Notes: generated by a model not told the origin, from the sequence alone. A stretch of 33,068 nt of DNA from Dehalococcoidia bacterium (GCA_009776515.1 WRNP01000005.1:1-33068); one strand, 5' to 3'; counted from the stretch's first letter, positions 1 through 9,384 are shown. A program made the numbers and translations.

Positions 1-480
1 CCGCCGACCGAGCCGACGACAACTACGCCTACCATCACGACGACCACCACTACAACTCCGACTAGAACGGATGACCCAAGGGATACGATACCGCCATCAT
101 CTCTTACCACGCCCACTACAACCCCACCAGCGCCTCCATCAACAGCAGGTGGGGACTGGGCCCTCCTTAACCTCATTTTGGCCATCCTGGGAGCTCTCCT
201 GGCCATAGGAGCCATCATCCGTGCTTTCTTCTGGCATGGTCGGGACGAAGACCGCTATGGTACCGAAGAAAAGAAGACCCGTCTCATTTGGCTGGTCATA
301 GCCGTTGTCCTGGCCATAATAGGTTTCATCGTCTTCTTCTTCACCGAAGATGTGAGTCTCCCAATACGCTTCGTGGATATCTGGACCATTGCCAACGCTG
401 TCATCTTCATCGCCGGTATCATCAGTGTCATACTGGCCTTCAAGCGAGAGGAGAAGGATTTTCAAGTGAACTCTCGTTAG
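1..480 (+). CDS. 3' part of a surface protein: Thr/Pro-rich stalk plus conserved 3-TM C-terminal module (5' end outside window)
   Basis: Frame 1 is open from base 1 (PPTEPTTTTPTITTTTTTTPTRTDD...AGGDWALLNLILAILG...) to TAG at 478-480. Three hydrophobic segments; 83/101 aa identical to the C-terminus of the 22319-26368 protein. Confidence 0.9.
   Translation, partial: PPTEPTTTTPTITTTTTTTPTRTDDPRDTIPPSSLTTPTTTPPAPPSTAGGDWALLNLILAILGALLAIGAIIRAFFWHGRDEDRYGTEEKKTRLIWLVIAVVLAIIGFIVFFFTEDVSLPIRFVDIWTIANAVIFIAGIISVILAFKREEKDFQVNSR
157..459 (+). repeat. Copy 1 of duplicated C-terminal membrane module (copy 2 at 26030-26332)
   Basis: Ungapped 303-bp alignment with 26030-26332; many differences fall at third codon positions. 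Confidence 0.95.
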
Positions 481-508
481 GGTGAGATTACCCTAAACTA
501 ATCCCCTC

Positions 509-553
509 AATAGTGCACGGGTCACCATGAATTTGGTGGCTCGTGCACTATTT
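509..553 (+). terminator. Intrinsic terminator after the surface-protein gene
   Basis: AATAGTGCACG/CGTGCACTATT perfect arms, extended by GGTCACC/GGTGGCT with G-U pairs (so + strand specific), ending in TTT, ~30 nt after the stop. Confidence 0.75.
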
Positions 554-792
554 GCAGGGCGTTCTTTCCTCCCTGCTGGTGGCATAACAGGATTTCCTTA
601 GAAACGTATGCTGAACCAGGTTTGGCAATAAGGGGCGATTGGAGCCCATAGTCCGCCTTACTTAGTCAGCAGGGGTTGCCATTTATCACCTCGGGTGACC
701 GAGAACCTTGATGATCTAATGACTCACCTGATTCATCCAGACATACTCTGTATACTAAAACTATCCACGAAATTCAGGAACGAAACATCTTA

Positions 793-801
793 TGCTATAA
801 T
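793..801 (+). promoter_or_regulatory. Extended -10 promoter of ftsH
   Basis: TGcTATAAT matches the TGnTATAAT consensus; GGAG at 821-824 precedes ATG 837. Confidence 0.7.
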
Positions 802-836
802 TAAATCATCCCGGACTCTTGGAGTGAGCAGTTCAC

Positions 837-2771
837 ATGAAGATTGATTGGAAAAGAAGCCTAATAACCTGCGCCATCATCGCTGTGGCGGTGGTGGCGT
901 TTTTTACCCTGGTCCTACCCCCTGAAGAAGCGCTGGACGAAATCCCCATCTCTCAAGTGGTTGCCATGACCAAAGAGCATCGGGTGACCAGTATTGTCAT
1001 CAGCAGTGATGGCGTTACTCTGACCATCACAGATAAGGGTGGTCAAAAATATACCTCTTCTAAAGAATCGGGCGTCAGCATCAATGAATATGGCATGGAT
1101 CTTGCCGATATCAAACTTGTGGCCGAAAAAGCGGGCGGAGTTAATTGGGGCACTATCATCTACTACGTTGTGCCTATACTACTCATGGGAGGGTTGTTCA
1201 TCTTCATTTTAAGCCAAGCTCGTGGTGCTAGCAATCAAGCCCTCTCATTTGGGCGTTCCCGTGCCCGACTTTTTAGCCGAGATAAACCGACGGTGACTTT
1301 TGAGGATGTGGCTGGGGTGGAGGAAGCCAAACAGGATCTGCGTGAAGTGGTGGAGTTCTTGAAATCCCGCGAAAAATTCCAAGCCTTGGGGGCACGCATC
1401 CCCAAGGGCGTACTGCTCACTGGCCCGCCCGGCACGGGCAAGACCCTCTTGGCACGGGCGGTGGCAGGCGAGGCTGGCACACCGTTTTTTTCCATTTCCG
1501 GTTCGGAGTTCATGGAGATGTTCGTAGGCGTGGGCGCTTCCCGGGTCCGCGATCTTTTTGAACAGGCTAAGCGTAACGCCCCCTGTATTATCTTCATTGA
1601 TGAGATCGATGCCGTAGGGCGTGAGCGCGGTACGGGACTGGGCGGCGGACATGATGAGCGCGAGCAAACCCTGAACCAAATATTGGTGGAGATGGATGGT
1701 TTCGATACCAATACCAGTGTTATCGTCATGGCGGCTACCAACCGCCCGGATGTCTTGGACCCGGCACTTTTACGCCCAGGGCGTTTCGACCGGCGCGTGG
1801 TTCTGGATGCCCCTGATATCAGCGGGCGCGTTGCCATCCTTAAGGTGCATGTCAGGGGCAAGCCCCTGGACGGAAATGTCAACCTTGAAGTCATCGCCAA
1901 GCTTACGGCCGGTTTCTCCGGAGCTGACCTGGCCAATCTGGTCAATGAGGCGGCTATTTTGGCTGCCCGGCGCAATAAGAAAGTTATCGAGATGTCGGAA
2001 CTGGAGGAGTCCATTGACAGGGTCTTGCTTGGCCCAGAGCGCAAGAGTCGACGCATGACCGATGAGGAAAAGCGACTAGGGGCTTACCATGAGGCTGGCC
2101 ATGCTTTGGTAGGGCATCTTTCCAAACACCTAGAACCGGTGCGCAAGGTGTCCATCATCCCGCGCGGCATGGCAGGTGGTTACACCAAGTCGCTTAGGGA
2201 GGATAAGAAGTATCTCACCTTGTCCTATCTCAAGGATGAATTGGCGATGTTTTTAGGCGGGCGTTCCGCAGAGGAGTTGGTCTTCGGCGAGATCTCGACC
2301 GGTGCTTCCTCTGATATCAAGCAGGCAACCGACTACGCCAAGCGCATGGTGGTAAGTTGGGGCATGAGTAAAGAACTAGGGCCTCGCACTTTTGGTCAAA
2401 AGGAAGAGATGGTATTCTTGGGACGAGAGATATCTGAGCAGCGGGACTACGGAGAGGCGGTGGCCGACCAGATTGATGCTGAGGTCAATCGCATCATTCA
2501 GGAGGCTTATCAGACAGCCATAGGGTTGCTGACTGAAAACCGCGCCAAACTGGAACAGCTGGCCCAAGCGCTTCTTTCCAGAGAAACCTTGGAGGGGGAT
2601 GAGTTGGACAAGGTCTTTGACGAGCCTCCGCCGGCAATGACACCTGAGGATACAATGGCGTCACCCTCATCTGTAGCGGTCCAGACTGAGCATAAAGCGC
2701 GCACGAAACGGCGGGCTGTCCCATCTTTGCCCGATATAGCGCCGCCGCGGCAAGCGCCGCAACCATCATAG
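837..2771 (+). CDS. ftsH: ATP-dependent zinc metalloprotease FtsH
   Basis: Two N-terminal TM helices, Walker A GPPGTGKT, Walker [12 protein letters not shown] region [20 protein letters not shown], Zn motif HEAGH. Confidence 0.98.
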   Translation: MKIDWKRSLITCAIIAVAVVAFFTLVLPPEEALDEIPISQVVAMTKEHRVTSIVISSDGVTLTITDKGGQKYTSSKESGVSINEYGMDLADIKLVAEKAGGVNWGTIIYYVVPILLMGGLFIFILSQARGASNQALSFGRSRARLFSRDKPTVTFEDVAGVEEAKQDLREVVEFLKSREKFQALGARIPKGVLLTGPPGTGKTLLARAVAGEAGTPFFSISGSEFMEMFVGVGASRVRDLFEQAKRNAPCIIFIDEIDAVGRERGTGLGGGHDEREQTLNQILVEMDGFDTNTSVIVMAATNRPDVLDPALLRPGRFDRRVVLDAPDISGRVAILKVHVRGKPLDGNVNLEVIAKLTAGFSGADLANLVNEAAILAARRNKKVIEMSELEESIDRVLLGPERKSRRMTDEEKRLGAYHEAGHALVGHLSKHLEPVRKVSIIPRGMAGGYTKSLREDKKYLTLSYLKDELAMFLGGRSAEELVFGEISTGASSDIKQATDYAKRMVVSWGMSKELGPRTFGQKEEMVFLGREISEQRDYGEAVADQIDAEVNRIIQEAYQTAIGLLTENRAKLEQLAQALLSRETLEGDELDKVFDEPPPAMTPEDTMASPSSVAVQTEHKARTKRRAVPSLPDIAPPRQAPQPS

Positions 2772-2784
2772 AGCTTTTCCAATC

Positions 2785-2834
2785 TTAAGAATGAGACCTG
2801 CCCCCAGATATGATAGGGCAGGTCTCATTCTTAA
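2785..2834. terminator. Long hairpin / probable bidirectional terminator between convergent ftsH and polyprenyl synthase
   Basis: Perfect 19-bp inverted repeat TTAAGAATGAGACCTGCCC (2785-2803) / GGGCAGGTCTCATTCTTAA (2816-2834), 12-nt loop. Confidence 0.75.
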
Positions 2835-2945
2835 AGGCTTGTTGCTACACAGCAGCGCCAGTATTGACACAACAGCAGTATCGTATTCACAGTATCGGGG
2901 AGGAGTGGCGGTTTCTGGAGATCTATGTTTAGCTTTGCTTTCCTT

Positions 2946-3914
2946 TTATATCTTCCGGAGCAATACATAATCCGCTAGGCAATACAGGGCTTCGCGGGCA
3001 GGTTTGGCGGGCAAATTGAGCAGGTTGGCTGTGGCGCGTTGGGTATATTTTGCGGCTTCCTGATAGCACTCGTCGATAATGCTTGAACCGCGCACTATCT
3101 CAAGCGCTCGCTGTATGTTGACCGCGATATCTTCGCGGGCGATGATCTTATCAATGGGATTGTCGTGTGGGTAGCGCTCGACAATTTTCATGGCGGGCAG
3201 GGTCACTGTGCCCTGCGCCAGATCCGCACCTACCGGTTTGCCCACCTCGGCCTCGGTGCCGATATAGTCCAGAATATCGTCCACAATCTGGAAAGCGATG
3301 CCCAGATTATAGCCATAGTCGCTTAAGATTTGCACGGCCTCCTCTGGGGCGTCGCTCAGCACTGCCCCAGATTCGGTTGCCAGGGTGAACAGGGCGGCAG
3401 TCTTGGCGGCAATGCGCTCAATGTACTGTTCATAGCTTTGGGGCAGCTTGAAAGCACTGAAAGCCTGCTTGATTTCGCCGCGAGCTATGACACCTAGAGT
3501 GCGGGAAAATATTTTAACGGCGCGAATACTGCCGGTATTGGCTGCCGTTTCACCGGCGTGGGCAAAGAGAAAGTCCCCCAAAAGAATGGCGAGGTCCACG
3601 CCCCAGACAAAATTGATGGTCGGTCGGCCGCGGCGCATGTCGGCAGAGTCGATGGCATCATCGTGTACTAAAGTGGCGATGTGCATAAACTCGGAGGAGG
3701 CCGCCATGGCCTGGTGGCGCTCCTTGCGGTAGCTATAGAGAGAACCTGCCAGAAGAGTTAGTGTGGGACGAACCATTTTGCCGCCCACCAAGATTTGTTG
3801 TAGCATACGTTGCATTTCCGGGAAATCTTGCTGAGAGTCGATAAGGCGACGAAATTCTGCCTCTACACTGTTCAGGCCGGGTTGGATGAGGGTGTAGACT
3901 TGATTAAGATCCAT
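2946..3914 (-). CDS. Trans-polyprenyl diphosphate synthase, medium/long chain (HepT/IspB-like)
   Basis: GGKMVRP, first Asp-rich motif HDDAID...RRG, second motif FQIVDDILD, GKPVGADL. A small residue (Ala) five positions before the first motif suggests products longer than FPP. Overlaps the metG stop by 11 nt. Confidence 0.93.
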   Translation of the reverse strand: MDLNQVYTLIQPGLNSVEAEFRRLIDSQQDFPEMQRMLQQILVGGKMVRPTLTLLAGSLYSYRKERHQAMAASSEFMHIATLVHDDAIDSADMRRGRPTINFVWGVDLAILLGDFLFAHAGETAANTGSIRAVKIFSRTLGVIARGEIKQAFSAFKLPQSYEQYIERIAAKTAALFTLATESGAVLSDAPEEAVQILSDYGYNLGIAFQIVDDILDYIGTEAEVGKPVGADLAQGTVTLPAMKIVERYPHDNPIDKIIAREDIAVNIQRALEIVRGSSIIDECYQEAAKYTQRATANLLNLPAKPAREALYCLADYVLLRKI

Positions 3915-5577
3915 ATATACCCATGCGCTCCTGTTCCGCGGCGACTACGCCTTCCTCCAATTTGGCAAAGAGAATATGGGGTGGCTTGAGGGCTTGGCCG
4001 GCGGCAGGTATCACCAGGCGCCAGCCAGCTTTAGATACGGCTCCATCGAAGCCGAGGTATTCATGCAGGCGCTGAGAGCTGTGCGGCAGGAATGGGTAGA
4101 AGATCGTCTTTAAGGCGGAGATAACGCCGATGGCGGTATAAAGTGAGGTGGCAGCGGATGCGGCGTCATCTTTAATGGCTTTCCAGGGAGCCTTATCATC
4201 TAGATAACGGTTGGCAGCTTGGGCTAAGAACAGGGCTTCTTTGATAGCTTCTTTAAAGCGGCATCCTTCCAAGAAGCGGCCTACCATAATGACGGTGGTT
4301 TCTGCCTTGGCAAGAAGAGCCTCGCTGTCGGAGTCTAATGTTTCTGGCGTGGGCACCGCACCATTAAAACGTGTATAGGTAAAGCTCAATACCCGTTGCA
4401 CTAGGTTGCCATAGGTAGCAACCAGCTCGTCATTGTTACGCCGCACGAATTCCCGCCAGGAAAAGTCAGCATCTGAGCTCTCGGGCATATTAACCGACAG
4501 CAGATAGCGTAACGGATCAGCCTCGTAGCGGGACAAGAAATCATGCACCCAGATGGCCAAATTACGGCTTTTGGAGAACTTTTGTGATTCGATAGTGAGG
4601 AATTCATTGGCCGGGACATCATAGGGCAACCCCAAACTGCCGTAGCCCATGAGTATGGCAGGCCAGACGATGGTATGAAAGGGAATGTTGTCCTTGCCGA
4701 TAAAATAATAAGCCTGCGCCTGGCCATCATGCCAGAAATTCTGCCAGGCATCGGGGGTGCCCTGACTTTTAGCCCATTCGATGGCGGCAGAGAGGTAGCC
4801 AATGACGGCTTCGAACCACACATAGAGGCTTTTGCCAGGATAGCCGGGCAGCGGTAATGGGATGCCCCAGTCGATGTCGCGGGTGATAGCCCGATCTAGC
4901 AGTCCCTCCTCAAGATAGCGCTGGGTGAAGCGCCGCACGTTCACTCGCCAGTGTTCCTTAGTCTTCACCCAGGCGAGCAGGTCATCCTGGAAAGCGGAGA
5001 GTCTGAGGAAGAAGTGCTCCGATTCGCGGTAGATTGGGGTGGCGTGACAGAGCTTGCACTGGGCTTTGATAAGTTCGCTGGGGTTCATGGGCTTGCCGCA
5101 CTGTTCGCATTGATCACCGCGTGCCCCGGGAGACTGACAGATAGGGCAGGTGCCCTCCACATAACGATCGGGCAAGTGGCGCTGACATATTTCGCAGTAT
5201 GGCTGAGTGACCGCCTGTTTATAGACGAGCCCCTTGTCTAAAAGCTCAAGGAAGATATTTTGGGAGACGCGGGTGTGGTTTTCAGTACCGGTGGTCGTGA
5301 AAAGATCCCAGGAAATACCCAGCTTCTGCCAGTCTTCTAAGAAAAGTGCGTGGAAATGCTGAGCGATTTCGGCTGGGGTTTTGCCCTCTTGTTCGGCTCG
5401 GATGGCCACTGGCGTGCCGTGGATGTCGGAGCCAGATATCATCAGTACCTCATTGCCCATAGCGCGGTGGTAACGGGCGAAGATATCGGCGGGCAGATAG
5501 GCCCCAGCCACGTGTCCCAGATGCAGGCGCGAGTTGGCATATGGCCAAGCCACGCATATTAAGATACGCTCAGACAT
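3904..5577 (-). CDS. metG: Methionyl-tRNA synthetase, short form without the C-terminal tRNA-binding domain
   Basis: AWPYAN..LHLGH (HIGH motif), KFSKS (KMSKS motif), four CxxC pairs forming the Zn knuckles, YVWFEA, IGKDNIPFH. Confidence 0.98.
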   Translation of the reverse strand: MSERILICVAWPYANSRLHLGHVAGAYLPADIFARYHRAMGNEVLMISGSDIHGTPVAIRAEQEGKTPAEIAQHFHALFLEDWQKLGISWDLFTTTGTENHTRVSQNIFLELLDKGLVYKQAVTQPYCEICQRHLPDRYVEGTCPICQSPGARGDQCEQCGKPMNPSELIKAQCKLCHATPIYRESEHFFLRLSAFQDDLLAWVKTKEHWRVNVRRFTQRYLEEGLLDRAITRDIDWGIPLPLPGYPGKSLYVWFEAVIGYLSAAIEWAKSQGTPDAWQNFWHDGQAQAYYFIGKDNIPFHTIVWPAILMGYGSLGLPYDVPANEFLTIESQKFSKSRNLAIWVHDFLSRYEADPLRYLLSVNMPESSDADFSWREFVRRNNDELVATYGNLVQRVLSFTYTRFNGAVPTPETLDSDSEALLAKAETTVIMVGRFLEGCRFKEAIKEALFLAQAANRYLDDKAPWKAIKDDAASAATSLYTAIGVISALKTIFYPFLPHSSQRLHEYLGFDGAVSKAGWRLVIPAAGQALKPPHILFAKLEEGVVAAEQERMGIYGS

Positions 5578-5584
5578 AGGGCTT

Positions 5585-5593
5585 AATGTAGCA
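5585..5593 (-). promoter_or_regulatory. Extended -10 promoter, probable leaderless metG transcript
   Basis: Minus strand TGcTACATT, then 7 nt, then ATG (5577); no SD sequence. Confidence 0.6.
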
Positions 5594-5633
5594 TAAACCG
5601 ACGGAAAGGACCAGAGTGGGCAGTGACGTGCGG

Positions 5634-5906
5634 TTACGTCTGGGGCTCGGCCGCTACTTCGAGAACCTCGGTTTCCGGCAGGAAAGTTAGCACCATTTCG
5701 CCCTTGGTCTCACGGTGGTGGGCATAGCCCTTTTTTAGGGCATCATCGACGCAGTATCTCACCGATTTACCGCCGGAGTTAACCTCTTTGCCATGCCCGT
5801 CTTCGTCTACCACGAGGTACCTTTTGGGGTAGGGGATGACCTGCCCGCAAATATCACATTTGACTTGACCCACGGAAATACAACCACGACGCATTGTTTT
5901 GCTCAA
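5634..5906 (-). CDS. Small hypothetical protein, possibly Zn-binding
   Basis: 90-aa ORF filling the rsmI-metG gap with AAGGAG upstream; Cys pattern GC...CDIC...YC. Start may instead be ATG at 5894. Confidence 0.75.
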   Translation of the reverse strand: MSKTMRRGCISVGQVKCDICGQVIPYPKRYLVVDEDGHGKEVNSGGKSVRYCVDDALKKGYAHHRETKGEMVLTFLPETEVLEVAAEPQT

Positions 5907-5938
5907 GCTCCTTTATATCGTTTGGTGTCTTATTTTGC

Positions 5939-6754
5939 CTATTTTGTTTCAAGCCACAGCCTGTACAGATCCTTGCGAGACAGCCCGCTGACTGCGGCGA
6001 TCTCGGTCACAGCATCTTTGACGCTTCGCCCTGCACCGATCAGCTCCTTTATCTTGGCGCTCAATTGAGTGTGGGGCACATATCCAGTGCCCGGCTCGGC
6101 GCCGGCGATTACCAGAGTGAACTCACCGCGCGGAGCACTAAAATAACTCAGAGCCTCCGTAGCTGTGCCGCGGAAGACCTCTTCGTGTATCTTTGTCAAC
6201 TCCCGACATACGGCAAGGCGACGGTTGCCCAACACGGATATTATATCACGTAAGGCCTCGTTTAGGCGATGTGGCGCTTCGTAGGCGACCAGAGTGGCCG
6301 TCTGACCAAGGGCGTCCTCCAAGAATTTGCGACGGGCGTTTCCCCGACGGGGCAGAAAGCCCAAGTAGTGGAAGCGATCGGTGGGCAGTCCGGATACGGC
6401 GACGGCGGTAACGGCTGCAGACGGACCGGGCACGGGGATAACGGAGAACCCCAAACGCTGGGCTGCTACGACAAGCTCGTAACCCGGATCGGAGATACCC
6501 GGCATGCCGGCCTCAGAAACCAGGGCCACATCGCCACCCTCAAGCGCTTGGAGCAAGTGGTCCAGCTTGGCGCTTTTGTTGTGCTCAAAATAGCTGATAA
6601 GGGGGGTGCGGATGCCGAAGTGGGTGAGCAGGCATCGGGTGGTGCGTGTGTCCTCAGAGGCGATTAAGGAGACCTCTTTCAAAACGCGAATGGCCCGGAG
6701 CGATATGTCCTCCAGGTTACCGATGGGGGTGCCCACCACGTATAGAGATGGCAT
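5939..6754 (-). CDS. rsmI: 16S rRNA C1402 2'-O-methyltransferase RsmI
   Basis: LYVVGTPIGNLEDISLRA, EDTRTT, VSEAGMPGISDPG, YEAPHRL, RELTKIHEE, RGEF. Confidence 0.97.
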   Translation of the reverse strand: MPSLYVVGTPIGNLEDISLRAIRVLKEVSLIASEDTRTTRCLLTHFGIRTPLISYFEHNKSAKLDHLLQALEGGDVALVSEAGMPGISDPGYELVVAAQRLGFSVIPVPGPSAAVTAVAVSGLPTDRFHYLGFLPRRGNARRKFLEDALGQTATLVAYEAPHRLNEALRDIISVLGNRRLAVCRELTKIHEEVFRGTATEALSYFSAPRGEFTLVIAGAEPGTGYVPHTQLSAKIKELIGAGRSVKDAVTEIAAVSGLSRKDLYRLWLETK

Positions 6755-6759
6755 AGCTT

Positions 6760-6768
6760 AGTTTAGCA
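6760..6768 (-). promoter_or_regulatory. Extended -10 promoter, probable leaderless rsmI transcript
   Basis: Minus strand TGcTAAACT, then 5 nt, then ATG (6754); no SD sequence. Confidence 0.5.
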
Positions 6769-6789
6769 CAAAGGGTAGGCGGCGGTGGT

Positions 6790-8619
6790 TTAGATACACT
6801 CTTTAATTTTCCGAGCGAGGGCAGCATTGAAAAGGGGCTGGGCAGCGATTTCGTCAACCGTAGCCTCCCTAAGGCGTGCTACTGAGCCGAAGTTCTTGAG
6901 AAGGGCTTTTTTGCGGCGAGGGCCAATGCCTGGTACGTTGTCCAGGGTGGAAGCGAAAGTCTGGCGTTTACGGAGGTTGGTATGGTAGCCCAAGGCGAAG
7001 CGATGAGCCTCGTCACGTACACGTTGGAGGAGCTGGCGACCAGGAGAACTTGCGCTTAAGCGAATGGGCTGAGCCAGACCGGGCACAAAAATCTCCTCAT
7101 GCTCCTTGGCCAAACTGGCTACGGGGACCATCGAGGCCTCAACGGCCTCAAGGGCGGTGCAGGCCGACCTCAACTGCCCCTTGCCGCCGTCGATAAGCAC
7201 CAAACCCGGGAGAGCAGCCCAGTTGCCTTCCCCTTGGCCGTCCTTAGCACGGGCAAAGCGGCGCCTAAGCATTTCCTCCATCATGGCATAATCGTTAGCA
7301 CCCTGTATGGTCTTGATACGGAAGCGGCGGTAATGGGAAGGCCTGGGGCGTCCTTCCTCAAAAACAACCATACTGCCAACGGCAAGCTGCCCCTGGATAT
7401 TGGAGATGTCATAGCCCTCAATGCGCTGGGGAGTTTCTGGTAGCCGTAGTACGGCCTTGAGTTCCTCAAGAGCCTCACCGAGGGCCTGAGGCTGCGAAAG
7501 GTGCTTGATGCGCAGTTGCTCCAAGGCGCGCTGAGCGTTAGTTTGTACCGTTTCCATCAATTCCTTGCGGGGGCCGCGCTTGGGTACGGCCAGTCTCACT
7601 GCTCCGCCGCGCTTTCGTGTGAGCCACTCTTTAATGACACTCTCGCCTTCCGCGGGGTGTTGCAATAGGATCAGTGGCGGGATATTTTGCGAGACGGCAT
7701 AGTATTGCATGACAAAACTGCCCATGGTGGCGGAAGGCTCCTCGGCGTTTGTGCCTTGCAGTAAAAAACCTTCTCGTCCCAGGAGTTTGCCGCCACGGAT
7801 GAAAAATACCTGTACAAATGCCTGATCGCCGTTCTGAACGAAAGCAGCGGCATCGGCATCACCCCGCACGCGGGTTGCGACGCGTTGCCAGGCGACTACC
7901 TCACGCATGGCTTTTATCTGATCGCGCAGTCTGGCGGCTGCTTCGTAGTGCTGGGCCTCCGCGGACTGTTTCATGCGTTTCATGAGTGACTGCTCTAGCC
8001 TTAAATGCTTGCCGTCTAAGAATTGGATGACACCTTGAATAATCTCGCTATACTCCTTGCGTTCCAGCTGTCCGGTACATGGCGCAAGGCAATGGCGCAT
8101 ATCGTATTCCAGGCAAGGGCGCTCTCGGCGTTGGTTGAGGTCGGTATTGCAGGTACGGAAAGGGAAAATACTTTTAGCTACATCCAGCGCTTGGCGGATG
8201 GAATAAGCGCTGGCGAATGGTCCGAAATAGCGTGCGCCATCGCTGGCTACGCAGCGCACCACCTGCACCCGAGGCCAGTCTTCATTCAGGTCTATCTTGA
8301 TGTAGGGGTAGCCCTTATCGTCTTTTAAGCGGATGTTGTATTCGGGCCGAAAGCGCTTGATCAGATTCAGCTCTAGGATGAGGGCTTCTTCTTCAGACCG
8401 GGTAACGTAGAAATCAATATCGTTGATGCGGCGCACGAGTTGAACTGTTTTTGGCGTAAGATCGCTGTCGTTGAAATACGAGCGGACGCGGCTTCTAAGG
8501 CAACCTGCCTTGCCAACGTAGATGACTTTACCCGCAGCATCTTTCATGAGGTAGACGCCGGGGCTCTCTGGCAGCGAGCTTAGGCGTTCGGTGACGATGG
8601 CCTTAATGGGTGTAGGCAT
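6790..8619 (-). CDS. uvrC: Excinuclease ABC subunit C
   Basis: GIY-YIG (PGVYLM..VIYVGKA..LRSRVRSYF), Cys cluster, UVR domain, RNase H-like domain (RIEGYDISN, LIDGGKGQ, RDEAHRFA), HhH (VPGIGPRR). Start moved to ATG 8619 because TGtTAAAAT lies at 8633-8641; the ORF is open up to 8724. Confidence 0.96.
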   Translation of the reverse strand: MPTPIKAIVTERLSSLPESPGVYLMKDAAGKVIYVGKAGCLRSRVRSYFNDSDLTPKTVQLVRRINDIDFYVTRSEEEALILELNLIKRFRPEYNIRLKDDKGYPYIKIDLNEDWPRVQVVRCVASDGARYFGPFASAYSIRQALDVAKSIFPFRTCNTDLNQRRERPCLEYDMRHCLAPCTGQLERKEYSEIIQGVIQFLDGKHLRLEQSLMKRMKQSAEAQHYEAAARLRDQIKAMREVVAWQRVATRVRGDADAAAFVQNGDQAFVQVFFIRGGKLLGREGFLLQGTNAEEPSATMGSFVMQYYAVSQNIPPLILLQHPAEGESVIKEWLTRKRGGAVRLAVPKRGPRKELMETVQTNAQRALEQLRIKHLSQPQALGEALEELKAVLRLPETPQRIEGYDISNIQGQLAVGSMVVFEEGRPRPSHYRRFRIKTIQGANDYAMMEEMLRRRFARAKDGQGEGNWAALPGLVLIDGGKGQLRSACTALEAVEASMVPVASLAKEHEEIFVPGLAQPIRLSASSPGRQLLQRVRDEAHRFALGYHTNLRKRQTFASTLDNVPGIGPRRKKALLKNFGSVARLREATVDEIAAQPLFNAALARKIKECI

Positions 8620-8766
8620 AATGCGTGCAGGCATTTTAACATAATTTGCAGCAATGGCTTCCGAACACAAGATGTTGCTACGCCAGATCGGCTGTGGCAA
8701 CGAGGCAAAGGCATGCCACGGCATGGGCAGGCCTCGGCCAGTTCTGCGTTATTAAGCTTTCTGAGA

Positions 8767-9384
8767 CTAGCCTTTTTTGGGCGGGCGTGCTTTTCCTGAT
8801 GCACTCTGCGGCGAGGCCATGGCTCGTATGCGTGTTTCGGCTTCAGCAGCCCGAGCCTGGATGCGCCCCGCAAGATCGGCGGATACGGCCAGAATCTCAC
8901 CAATGGCTGAAGTCGTGAATATACCTAGGCTGGCGATCTCGGCTGCGGCTTGAGATGCCCGATCTGCAGCTTCTTCACCGGCGCGTCGGACCTCTTCGGC
9001 TTTCTCACTAGCCTCGGCAGCCATCTGGCGCAGTGTGTCTATGGCTAACCGTGAGGCTTTATCGGCCTCGTCGGCTTTAGCGGCGGCTTTTTCAGAAGCC
9101 GCGATGGCTGCCCGGGCAATTTGATCCGCTTTATTGGCGGCTTCGGTGGCGGCTCGAGTTGCCTGTTCTGCAGCTTTCTCGCCGGCTGCACGGGCTGCCT
9201 CAGAGGCCTGCGTGGCGGCTATGGCTGCCTCACCTGAGAGCTTAGCGGCGGCTTCGGCACGACGGGCGGCCTCCGTGGCTTCGCCTATGGCGGCTTCCAT
9301 CTCATCCAGGATCTGGGGGAGGGGTTTGGTTAAAATCTTAGAGCGGCGTACTTCTTTGTTTTCGGACTCGGTGTTTGCGGGCAT
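8767..9384 (-). CDS. Ala/Glu-rich helical (coiled-coil-like) hypothetical protein
   Basis: Minus strand TGcTATAAT, then AGGAGG SD, then ATG 9384 (MPANTE...); 205 aa of low-complexity helical sequence. Confidence 0.85.
   Translation of the reverse strand: MPANTESENKEVRRSKILTKPLPQILDEMEAAIGEATEAARRAEAAAKLSGEAAIAATQASEAARAAGEKAAEQATRAATEAANKADQIARAAIAASEKAAAKADEADKASRLAIDTLRQMAAEASEKAEEVRRAGEEAADRASQAAAEIASLGIFTTSAIGEILAVSADLAGRIQARAAEAETRIRAMASPQSASGKARPPKKG

Noticed and set aside
1235-2056. Long antisense ORFs (273 aa here; also 12291-12923, 16091-16711, 22643-23173)
   Set aside because: Shadows of well-conserved genes on the opposite strand, with no motifs or expression signals.
8620-8724. 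35-aa N-terminal extension of UvrC given by the ORF track
   Set aside because: Not UvrC-like, and it contains a promoter-like extended -10; the later ATG is preferred.
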